Shown here: positions 29,702-37,923 of the stretch, piece by piece | Layout of the letters: each line of letters opens with the position of its first letter | Numbering within the stretch: the stretch's first letter is position 1 | Virus record (IMG/VR): IMGVR_UViG_3300018481_000001 | Coordinates: 99,991-163,990 of that record | Strand: one strand, 5' to 3' | Source: a virus | DNA length: 64,000 bases | Program-made: the position numbers and the translations under genes | Notes under the pieces: model-generated | Told to the model about the DNA's origin: nothing | Seen by the model: the letters and a program-made list of their open reading frames with translations, nothing else | Database searches by the model: none

Positions 29702-30302
29702 CACTGTCCTTAATGTCGGCGAAATTGAGACTGCGATAGCAAATCTCATCGCCGGGAGTGCACTCTCCTTGCAGTTGCAAAAGCATGCGCGGACATATCA
29801 TGCAAATGGGTGCAATTTTATTTTGCGGCGCAGGTAGTGGCGTCGCTAAATAAGCAAATTCATCGTAAGCAGTGACTATGGGACTCGTCATTGCTTTCTT
29901 TCTGGCTCTTTCCCATTTTTTAGACGTCAAATAACGTGGACGGACAGCATGCCGCGCCTTGGTTGTTAAAACAGGGATTACAGCCAAACGCTGGGTTAGG
30001 TCATGTTCTTTGACGAACGCTTCCCACCAACTTTTGGCAGTTACGACATCCACGCCGCTAGGTTTCTTGAGGTCTACGTCTTTGCGTTTATGATGCCGCA
30101 AATGAATGACTTCAGGCACTAGCGTGCACAGGAGGTCCAACATGACTTTGCGCAAAGGCAAAACCATGGCGTACTGAAAAATATTTCCAATAAACTCGGC
30201 GTCTGCCTTATGAACAAGGTAGAGTTTATCGAATGGAAATACTTTACCAACTTTGGAGCGTTGAATATGAATATCAATGATATTATATTTCATCATCCGC
30301 AT
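29655..30302 (-). CDS. Uncharacterised protein upstream of the RT with C-terminal Cys cluster
   Basis: 215 aa; CMIC-x10-C-x6-C; overlaps both neighbours. Confidence 0.7.
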   Translation of the reverse strand: MRMMKYNIIDIHIQRSKVGKVFPFDKLYLVHKADAEFIGNIFQYAMVLPLRKVMLDLLCTLVPEVIHLRHHKRKDVDLKKPSGVDVVTAKSWWEAFVKEHDLTQRLAVIPVLTTKARHAVRPRYLTSKKWERARKKAMTSPIVTAYDEFAYLATPLPAPQNKIAPICMICPRMLLQLQGECTPGDEICYRSLNFADIKDSDASVQQDDNNDYRLP

Positions 30303-31995
30303 CTTCGAGTTGGTAGTTCTTCATTTTGATCGTGATGTGTCCAGCTTCTTTCATAACCACGCGGCTATTGGGCGTAAGTAACCAAACGGTGGGAATGGGC
30401 AATTTGGTCGAGGGCGGCGGGGCATACCCATCCGTGCAATACACCAGAATATCGGGGGCATCGTCTTGTTTGCGGCACATCTCAAGAACGTGTTTGAACC
30501 CCGGTTCGAAGTCTGTGCCACCCCGGCCAGTGAGTTCCCAATCGAGCTCATCGTTGGCGTTAACCCAGTATTCTTTGCTGACGCCCGTATCAATGTAAAT
30601 GACACAAATACGCACGTCAGAATCAGATTTCTGAATATGCTGGAGTTCCGACAAACCCTCGCGCAATTCTTGGGTGCCCATCGATCCCGAAGTATCCAAC
30701 AAATACACAATTGTGAATTTGTTGCTGTGTTTGATACCCGGAAACACAGGCATTTGCCGCACGTGGGCATAACGCCGAAATCGCTGGTCATCGTCTTCTT
30801 CGGCTTTGGCAGCGTAGACCTTGAGAGCTGCCAATTTTTTAGAGGGTCGCGACATGCCACGAGATTTCTTCGTTTGCCGTGTGCGCTGCACAATATCGTG
30901 CAAAAACGTCGTCCAGTGCACCGTGGGTGGCATGAGCATATTGCGGATAAGCTCTATTAAATAACCCGGTAATGTACCGCGTGATTTGTAGGTCGAGAGC
31001 GTCTCTTTAATAAGCTGCCTGGCGTGCTCCATGAGCTTGTGAACTTCTCCCTCGTCGCCGGGCGTCTGGTCCCAACCTAGATGGGGTGCGGAAGCATGCG
31101 TAAGCATTTTGACGAGGTTTTTCTCGAGCTCATCCATGGGATCGCCCGAGCCTCCGCTATGCTGCTCTTTTTCTTCTCCCTTTTCTCGTGATTTACCTTT
31201 TCCCTGCCCCTGGCCGGAACCGGTTTTGTCAGACGGTTGGCTGCCTTCGCCATCACCATCGCCACCCCCGCCGCCTTCATTCTCGGATTCTTCGTCCCCG
31301 CCGCCCTCGCCTTCTTCTCCGGGCTCGCCTTTTCCAGGTGACTTTTGTCCCTTTCCACCCTGCCCCTCGAGCGCTTTTTTGACAGCATCCTGCTGTCCCT
31401 TGAGTGCTTCACAAACTGCCTTTTCAACACGCTTGGCCATGTCTTTGGAGCGACTCTTAAAGAGCGCTAACAACATGGCTTGATAGTCCTCGTAGGACAT
31501 ATCGTTAGGCAGCGGCGGATTGAACCCTTCGGGAATTACCCAATAGCCAAGCGGTTCTTTGGGGTCTTTTATCTTGGGCCACGCCTTACACAACATTTCA
31601 TTGGCCGCGAGATCCACCGCCAAGTTGTTGGTCATGTCGATGATTTTTTTATCTTCCTCGAGTTCTGCAATTTTCCGCTTTTGAATATATCGCGGAATGT
31701 GCTCGAGAATGAGGTGCAGCACTTCATGTTCGCAGGTGGCGCAAATTTCATCGAAACTAACGCGTGCTGCAAACAGCGGGTCGTAGATGAAAATATACTT
31801 TCCGCGATGCACCGAAACACCCATCGTCCCAAGGCCTGGAACCATGATGCGATCCATCAGGTTGATGACGCGGGCATAGAAGTTTTGGATTTTGACGCTG
31901 GTCAGATACGTCAGCGCATCGGCCACGCTGTCGCGGCCTCGAGCAATCGCCTCTTCCGTACTTTCTGAAGAGACTTTGGGTGCACCTGTTCGCAT
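30283..31995 (-). CDS. Metallopeptidase-like/VWA protein (DUF2201 type)
   Basis: HEVLH (HExxH), acidic Gly-rich linker, MIDAS-like LLDTSGSM, GRGGTDF, YCTDGY. Confidence 0.85.
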   Translation of the reverse strand: MRTGAPKVSSESTEEAIARGRDSVADALTYLTSVKIQNFYARVINLMDRIMVPGLGTMGVSVHRGKYIFIYDPLFAARVSFDEICATCEHEVLHLILEHIPRYIQKRKIAELEEDKKIIDMTNNLAVDLAANEMLCKAWPKIKDPKEPLGYWVIPEGFNPPLPNDMSYEDYQAMLLALFKSRSKDMAKRVEKAVCEALKGQQDAVKKALEGQGGKGQKSPGKGEPGEEGEGGGDEESENEGGGGGDGDGEGSQPSDKTGSGQGQGKGKSREKGEEKEQHSGGSGDPMDELEKNLVKMLTHASAPHLGWDQTPGDEGEVHKLMEHARQLIKETLSTYKSRGTLPGYLIELIRNMLMPPTVHWTTFLHDIVQRTRQTKKSRGMSRPSKKLAALKVYAAKAEEDDDQRFRRYAHVRQMPVFPGIKHSNKFTIVYLLDTSGSMGTQELREGLSELQHIQKSDSDVRICVIYIDTGVSKEYWVNANDELDWELTGRGGTDFEPGFKHVLEMCRKQDDAPDILVYCTDGYAPPPSTKLPIPTVWLLTPNSRVVMKEAGHITIKMKNYQLEDADDEI

Positions 31996-32012
31996 GAGTT
32001 CGTACTTTCTGC

Positions 32013-32018
32013 TATATT
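32013..32018 (+). promoter_or_regulatory. Putative -10 hexamer TATATT (extended TGC), 6 nt before ATG
   Basis: Divergent first gene, no SD; TGCTATAT also lies before terL (35471-35478). Confidence 0.45.
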
Positions 32019-32024
32019 TTATCT

Positions 32025-33017
32025 ATGAATATCATCGACCAATACCATGGCGACCCTCTGTATGCAGATCTCCACGTCTTGACGCGTGAGTACCCTGAGG
32101 CGCGCAGCTTGCTAAAAACAGCGAGCTTTGAAGAGAATAAGACAAAAATCGCACACCTGCCATCGCATGCATTTGCGTGGGAAAGCGAGCGACGATTTCC
32201 ACTTCACACGCGTGAAGATACTCTTGCTAGTCTCTTTTACCGCAGTAAGTGTGCTTTTCACGTCCCCACGGATGTGGATGATAAACTCATCGCTGCAGCA
32301 CAGATTTATAAAATTGATTCCAAATTATTTTCAAAGGTAAAGGTCGCGAGTACAACGCCGCCGGACTATGCGCTGCCTGAAGAACAGCGGCTGCCGCTGA
32401 TGGGCGTAGCACAGGTCAAGATGGCAGAAGAAGTTCTCATCCGAGACCTGGACGTTTTGACGTTGGAGAAGCGCGCCGAAGCCTTTCAGAATTTGTTCAA
32501 GGCAGCACGCAGATTCCAGGTACAGCTGGAGCCCCTGTCGCTCAAGCTGGCCGGTGTCACAGGCAGCGATACCCAGTTCGTGCGGGAATGGCTTGAAGCG
32601 CGTGCGGCAGTCGCTCCTGAGGGCACACAGCGCGACGGCTACGACAAGTTGGCCCAAGCGGTTGGACAGCTCCCCCGCCACGTGTACGAGCGCCAAACGC
32701 TGGTCAAGTTGGCGGGCACGATCGCGACGCTCGATGCGCATGCAGGGCTTAATCAATATTACGGCCGTAAATTGCCTGACCCCCTATTGACCGTTTTCAA
32801 CATGGAAAAAGAGGCCGAAGAGACCTGCGATGTCGCAGGCGCTCAGGTGCCAGTTTCCACATTAATGGGGCTTCCTCCGAGCGTCTGGCAGCAAGTCGAT
32901 GCACCCGAATTGGGGCCTGTGGCTGCCTCAGGAGATTCGGAGCAATTCGCCCAAATATTTAATACGTTGCCTGCGGACTTGAAATACACCATCCGTGATT
33001 ACGTCTCCAATGCCTGA
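32025..33017 (+). CDS. Putative head/virion protein rich in K-x-A motifs
   Basis: Two copies of (F/Y)A-x3-E-x-R-(F/L)-P-L; 11 of 18 Lys have Ala at +2. Confidence 0.6.
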   Translation: MNIIDQYHGDPLYADLHVLTREYPEARSLLKTASFEENKTKIAHLPSHAFAWESERRFPLHTREDTLASLFYRSKCAFHVPTDVDDKLIAAAQIYKIDSKLFSKVKVASTTPPDYALPEEQRLPLMGVAQVKMAEEVLIRDLDVLTLEKRAEAFQNLFKAARRFQVQLEPLSLKLAGVTGSDTQFVREWLEARAAVAPEGTQRDGYDKLAQAVGQLPRHVYERQTLVKLAGTIATLDAHAGLNQYYGRKLPDPLLTVFNMEKEAEETCDVAGAQVPVSTLMGLPPSVWQQVDAPELGPVAASGDSEQFAQIFNTLPADLKYTIRDYVSNA

Positions 33018-33705
33018 ACGACAAAAGGCTGCGGCACGGGACGCATTGTCCAAAGAAATTACTTGCGCGGGCGTTTGTGCGCACGCCATGGAAATTTTAT
33101 TTAACAATGCATGGCTCCTTTGGGAACCAGAAACGCTATGGATAGAGCTGAACCACATGGGTACAGAGGTGCCTCCGGGAAACCGAGGCCAAATCATGGC
33201 TGCCCGCAGTCTTCTTACTACCGGGCGTTTTTGGTACGACGCGCACGCTTACGCGGCTACGTGCATTGCTTTTAATAATGAAGAAGCCGTGCACGTAAGT
33301 ATCGAGGATGCCCCGGTCGTATACATGAATTGGGCTGTGTACGAAGCTTCTACAATTATCAAGGATTTAGGTGAGGGAGAAACGCCGCCGGCCTTTGAAC
33401 ACGAAGCTATTGCGTACACCGCTGTACAGCTCGTGCGTGAAGGATTTGCTATCTCACCTAAATATTTAGATTTTGCAGACCATGAATTATCGCGGCTATA
33501 CCCTAAAGAAAATCAAAAACTAAGAGACCAAGTGCGCGAGGGCTGGCTTTCAGCTCCGAAAACAGCTTCGATGATAGAAGCACCGTTTCCAGAGTCTGCA
33601 CCAGGAGTCCAACTCGCACGCTTGGCCGCTGTTCAGGCGTATTTTGATATGCGGGAACAGCGCCGTATCAAACAGTTGTTGGCGCTTAAATCCATGTCTC
33701 GATAA
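33010..33705 (+). CDS. Hypothetical protein
   Basis: About 231 aa; ATG 33010 overlaps the upstream stop. Confidence 0.7.
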   Translation: MPERQKAAARDALSKEITCAGVCAHAMEILFNNAWLLWEPETLWIELNHMGTEVPPGNRGQIMAARSLLTTGRFWYDAHAYAATCIAFNNEEAVHVSIEDAPVVYMNWAVYEASTIIKDLGEGETPPAFEHEAIAYTAVQLVREGFAISPKYLDFADHELSRLYPKENQKLRDQVREGWLSAPKTASMIEAPFPESAPGVQLARLAAVQAYFDMREQRRIKQLLALKSMSR

Positions 33706-33934
33706 TCACGGGGTCGTCGTTTTCATCACGTGGAACGCACGCCAAATCGACACTCTGTTCGAGCTCAAGCCGTGCGGCCTCGTAGGTGTCATATTCAACG
33801 TGATAATTTGTAGGTAACGGATTAGGATTTCCAGGAGCGACAATCCATCCGCGCACGACCACTTTTCCCGGAATATCTCTGGGATTTTTCGTTACTACAT
33901 AATGCCACCGTGAGCCTTCGGGAATAGGGTTCAT
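33686..33934 (-). CDS. Hypothetical protein
   Basis: 82 aa; ATGA coupling. Confidence 0.6.
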   Translation of the reverse strand: MNPIPEGSRWHYVVTKNPRDIPGKVVVRGWIVAPGNPNPLPTNYHVEYDTYEAARLELEQSVDLACVPRDENDDPVIIETWI

Positions 33935-34212
33935 TCCTTGATCCTTTGGCGTATTTTCAGCGCAACTGTTCGGATATCCAGAACGAGCTTGGCGCTGTTG
34001 TCATTGATGACTTTAACCATATCGCGCTCGAATTCATTGACCAAGCGCTCACAAGCAATTTGCACCGCCATGCCACAATGGCGCGCAATGTCAGTGGCTA
34101 TGCCCGTTACAGCTTCGGGATCTGGCTCTTCCTCCGATGCACTCAAGTAATTGCAAATGGATTCAGCGAGTTCTTCATCCGCAGGCGTCGGCACATAGAC
34201 TTCTTTGCTCAT
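33931..34212 (-). CDS. Hypothetical protein
   Basis: 93 aa; ATGA coupling to the AAA gene. Confidence 0.6.
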   Translation of the reverse strand: MSKEVYVPTPADEELAESICNYLSASEEEPDPEAVTGIATDIARHCGMAVQIACERLVNEFERDMVKVINDNSAKLVLDIRTVALKIRQRIKE

Positions 34213-35471
34213 TGCTTCTCGAGGCTCTCTTTGTAGGCCTTCTGCGCTTCCTGCATATACTTCATTTTCTCTTTGTATGCAGGATGGCCCGCCAGCGCGG
34301 TCGATAGTTTGTTGAGGTAAGTTCTTCCAGACTCGCCCTTGTTACGACTTTCTTCGCCCAGATACTGAGCAGCAAAAGCCATTACGAGTTCGTTTGGAAT
34401 GTCTCCCAAGTAGAGTGCCAAGCCAGGTGCGCATTTCCTGGGATCAGGCATGGCACTAAATAGCTCAATGGCAATGCCACGATTGAGCTCGTTGATAACG
34501 CTTGCGCTGTTCCGTTGGTCAGTTTTCTGGACAAACCGCAGCGTGGTCGCATCGACGGTGCAGCCGAGAAGACTTGCTACTTTGCGTCGCGTCTCGGATT
34601 TTGTCGTATACCCATCGAGGATTTCCGAAGGCTGAATCAACGAGTTTTGATCAGCAACGAAACGCATGAACTTATCAGCTGCAATATTGCCAATTTGCCC
34701 CTCGACGAGCGTACGCACTGCGCTATCCGTGAGCTCAAGACGCGCTAGGCTCGCAGCGTTGAGAATGCTCGAGACCTTTTCCCAGTTGCTCGGGCAGGGA
34801 AATGCTTTGCCGGCATCACGCGCTCCCTTGTCGTAGAGATAGGTGCTCGAGGCCTTGATAAATGCGGGGACCAACGGATGAAAATCCGCTGTTTTTGTGT
34901 ATTCAATCCAGGCTTGCAAGTCGTGCACGCAATACACAAAATTCAGGCGTTTGCGTACCGCGTGGTCTTTTTCTGCCTCATTGACCAAATACGAACCGTC
35001 AGAGGGATTCATGGCTGCAACGACCAACACGTTGTCATGCAGCATGAAATTGTGAATACGGCGTTCGTCGGTCAACGTGAAGAGCGCATTGACCATGGCC
35101 TTGTCGCCACGGTTCCACTCATCTAGGAACAAGACGGCACAGCCTCGCTTGGCTGCCTCTTCATTGAGCTCCACGAGCCAGCGCGGGGGTACAAAGTCGA
35201 ACGTATCGCCTTTCTCGGTGAACATAATCATCGAGACTTCTTCTTGCGTCATGTGACCGAAATTGAGCGGTCGCATGAAGCCTTTTCGCTTGGCGCACCA
35301 CTGGTGCACCACGGGCGTTTTGCCGATGCCGGTCTCTCCGACCAGGCACATTGTGAGTTTGGGCTTCACATGCCAGAGCAAGTCGAGCAGCTGCGGGATT
35401 TGGCCCATGCCCGTGGGGCCGATGCCAAGCTTCTCCCACGTATCGACAACTTCTTTTTTGTCCGTAGCCAT
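34209..35471 (-). CDS. MoxR-like AAA+ ATPase
   Basis: Walker A GETGIGKT, Walker B LFLDEWNRG, AAMNP sensor, RKRL arginine finger; usual partner of DUF2201/VWA proteins. Confidence 0.85.
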   Translation of the reverse strand: MATDKKEVVDTWEKLGIGPTGMGQIPQLLDLLWHVKPKLTMCLVGETGIGKTPVVHQWCAKRKGFMRPLNFGHMTQEEVSMIMFTEKGDTFDFVPPRWLVELNEEAAKRGCAVLFLDEWNRGDKAMVNALFTLTDERRIHNFMLHDNVLVVAAMNPSDGSYLVNEAEKDHAVRKRLNFVYCVHDLQAWIEYTKTADFHPLVPAFIKASSTYLYDKGARDAGKAFPCPSNWEKVSSILNAASLARLELTDSAVRTLVEGQIGNIAADKFMRFVADQNSLIQPSEILDGYTTKSETRRKVASLLGCTVDATTLRFVQKTDQRNSASVINELNRGIAIELFSAMPDPRKCAPGLALYLGDIPNELVMAFAAQYLGEESRNKGESGRTYLNKLSTALAGHPAYKEKMKYMQEAQKAYKESLEKQ

Positions 35472-35487
35472 GCTATATCCCTTTTAA

Positions 35488-37161
35488 ATGACGATATCTG
35501 CGGGCACATCTATTGAAAATATCGCAATCCGTAGATCTGAATGGGTTACTACCTTATTATACCTCGACGGCAATCCATTTTCGCTTGATCATTTTCCGTT
35601 CTACGAACGTGTGTACAATGAGGTTTTTCCGGCGCTTTTGCTGAAGACCGCGCGACAGGTCGCCAAAAGCACCACGTTGGCTAATTTCTTGATCATGGAA
35701 GCGTGCTCCACGCCGCACATGAAGAGCTTGTTTGTCGCACCCACGCAAGAGCAGACCCAAAAATTCTCTCAAACGCGTGTTGGAAAAACCATTTTCTATT
35801 CTCCCGATATTCGTAATCGCTGGGTGAGCAAAGAGCTCTCGAGCCGTGTCTACCAAAAGATGTTCACCAACGGCTCCGAACTAGCGTTCTCATACGCCAG
35901 TGACGATCCAGACCGTGTGCGTGGTGTCTCAGCTGACCGCGTCGCTTACGACGAGGTACAAGATATCTTATACGACGAAGTTATCCCGGTTATCAACGAG
36001 TGCATGGCCAACTCGGACAAGGCCTACGAGACATACTGCGGCACGCCCAAATCGATGGAAAATACCATTGAACAGCTATGGCAGTGGAGCACCCAAACAG
36101 AATGGGTGATTAAATGCACAGCCTGCAATACGTACCAATTTTTTGTCGATGAGCGGTGTATTGGCAAAAAAGGTCCTATTTGCTTGAAGTGTGGCAAATA
36201 TGTGAACGTGCGCAATGGCGAGTGGATCGATATGAACGTGTACCCTGATGATTTTGAGGGTAAACGCATCAAGGGATTCCACATCCCGCAGGTCATTCTA
36301 CCCAAGAATGTTCCGGCATCGATGCCTATGGACCTCAAAAATCAGGAGATTGCTCAATCACGTTGGGACCGCATTAAAGCTAAGCACGCTATTTATCCCT
36401 CGGCGAAATTTCGCAACGAGGTGATGGGTGTCAGTGATGCTATTGGTACGCGGCTTGTTTCCAAAGATGAGCTTGAATCTCTTTGTGAGGATTATGAAAT
36501 CACAGAAATACCCACACACAATTTACGCCTTTCGGATTTAAAAGGAATTGTCGCAGGCGTGGATTGGAGTGGTGGCGGTATGAACGCCACTTCACGCACC
36601 GTTTTGTGGGTTTGGGGTATCGTAGCCGGCGGGGGTGAGCATGCGTTTAAATTGCGCACGCTGTATTTCCGCGTTTACCCGGAAACAAATCCTATTTCGG
36701 GCGGCGTCATCGACCACGTTTGTGAAGTCTGCGATAATTACGGTGTAAGCTTGATTATGGGCGATGCCGGTGAAGGTGCACTGGCCAATGCAAACCTACG
36801 CGAACGCTTAGGGCCACAACGCGCTGTCCAAGTCCAATATCGTGGCACGGCGACTGCGAATACCAGTAGCCGTCCATTTTATTGGAATCGCGTGGACCGC
36901 TTTCTCGCGGAGCGCACCACCATGATCGACAATTTCATGATGTATATTAAACGGCGTGGTGTGATTTATCCACACCTACGTCACATGACGTTGCCTATTC
37001 GTGACATTCTCAACGAGTATGAAGAAGTCACGCAACAAGGCCGCAAAGTATGGCGGCACGCTCCGTCTCAGCCGGACGATTGTTTGCATGCGCAAATATT
37101 CGGCTGGATGGCCGCCAAATTCAGCGTCGGCGATCCCATGTTTACATACAACGGGAGTTAG
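35488..37161 (+). CDS. terL: Terminase large subunit
   Basis: KTARQVAKST Walker A variant, YDEVQD Walker B, GTP coupling motif, GVDWSGG and PDDCLHA nuclease residues, zinc ribbon CTAC...CLKC. Confidence 0.88.
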   Translation: MTISAGTSIENIAIRRSEWVTTLLYLDGNPFSLDHFPFYERVYNEVFPALLLKTARQVAKSTTLANFLIMEACSTPHMKSLFVAPTQEQTQKFSQTRVGKTIFYSPDIRNRWVSKELSSRVYQKMFTNGSELAFSYASDDPDRVRGVSADRVAYDEVQDILYDEVIPVINECMANSDKAYETYCGTPKSMENTIEQLWQWSTQTEWVIKCTACNTYQFFVDERCIGKKGPICLKCGKYVNVRNGEWIDMNVYPDDFEGKRIKGFHIPQVILPKNVPASMPMDLKNQEIAQSRWDRIKAKHAIYPSAKFRNEVMGVSDAIGTRLVSKDELESLCEDYEITEIPTHNLRLSDLKGIVAGVDWSGGGMNATSRTVLWVWGIVAGGGEHAFKLRTLYFRVYPETNPISGGVIDHVCEVCDNYGVSLIMGDAGEGALANANLRERLGPQRAVQVQYRGTATANTSSRPFYWNRVDRFLAERTTMIDNFMMYIKRRGVIYPHLRHMTLPIRDILNEYEEVTQQGRKVWRHAPSQPDDCLHAQIFGWMAAKFSVGDPMFTYNGS

Positions 37162-37382
37162 TTCGGGTCTTTATTATCCGTTGATTTGTGTTCTGCGACA
37201 ATGCGCTCTATCCAGCGCTCTAACTGAGCTGCTTGGTTTTCTAAAGCTACATTTTTTGTGACTGTGGTAAACGCAATGTCGAGATCTCCCCAGGGGGTGC
37301 GGAGACAGCAGCAGTGATAGTCGCTCGCACTGCTCTCAATCGAGCCCGTGCTGAAATGCCACTTGCGGAGCCATTTATACAT
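37158..37382 (-). CDS. Hypothetical protein
   Basis: 74 aa; stop overlaps the terL stop. Confidence 0.55.
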   Translation of the reverse strand: MYKWLRKWHFSTGSIESSASDYHCCCLRTPWGDLDIAFTTVTKNVALENQAAQLERWIERIVAEHKSTDNKDPN

Positions 37383-37383
37383 T

Positions 37384-37923
37384 TCATTTAATATAGGTTA
37401 ATTCTGTTCCACCATAGCGCTCTTCGTGCGTGTGCAACGGTTTGGGTAAAGTCACACTAAACTTACCCATTCTTGATTGTAGAATAAAACCAGCATACGC
37501 CAACAAAAGCGGCTCTGATGGTGCTTGAATAGTGTGAATTGCTTGAGGTAATAACAAAAGCAAAGGTTGCCCATGAAAAATAGGGCGCAACACCAGTTGC
37601 TGGTCTTGATGTACCACTACGCAGGGGTTGGCTAACGTGCGCCCCCCTTCGGCACTGCGCTGTGGGTACTCCAGCCCCAGTAACGGACCATCGGCTGTCC
37701 CGTAGAGCCATATTGGGTAGGATGTGTCGTCTTCCTCGAGCATCGCATCCATGACCGTCGTGGTCTGTACGAAGTGCTCCGTAGGTTTCCAATCGATCTG
37801 GGGCTCGGTTACCATTACCCAATCAGACACGTTATGGATGACAACGTGATATCGAAAATGCAGACCGTATTTTTCGAATTTGCGGGTGCGGTAAAAAGGC
37901 TCACGCAGCTTCGAAGGCGGCAT
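37384..37923 (-). CDS. Hypothetical protein
   Basis: From track ORF 37384..37947; start uncertain. Confidence 0.55.
   Translation of the reverse strand: MPPSKLREPFYRTRKFEKYGLHFRYHVVIHNVSDWVMVTEPQIDWKPTEHFVQTTTVMDAMLEEDDTSYPIWLYGTADGPLLGLEYPQRSAEGGRTLANPCVVVHQDQQLVLRPIFHGQPLLLLLPQAIHTIQAPSEPLLLAYAGFILQSRMGKFSVTLPKPLHTHEERYGGTELTYIK

Noticed and set aside
31180-31400. Purine-rich low-complexity stretch resembling a tandem repeat
   Set aside because: It encodes the usual Gly/Glu/Lys linker of DUF2201-VWA proteins and has no exact repeat unit.
27243-32025. Repeat array or CRISPR-like array next to the RT
   Set aside because: I read both flanks and found continuous coding sequence with no periodic direct repeats. 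Only short incidental hairpins were seen (e.g. CTGCCAA...TTGGCAG near 27629-27650, inside a CDS).
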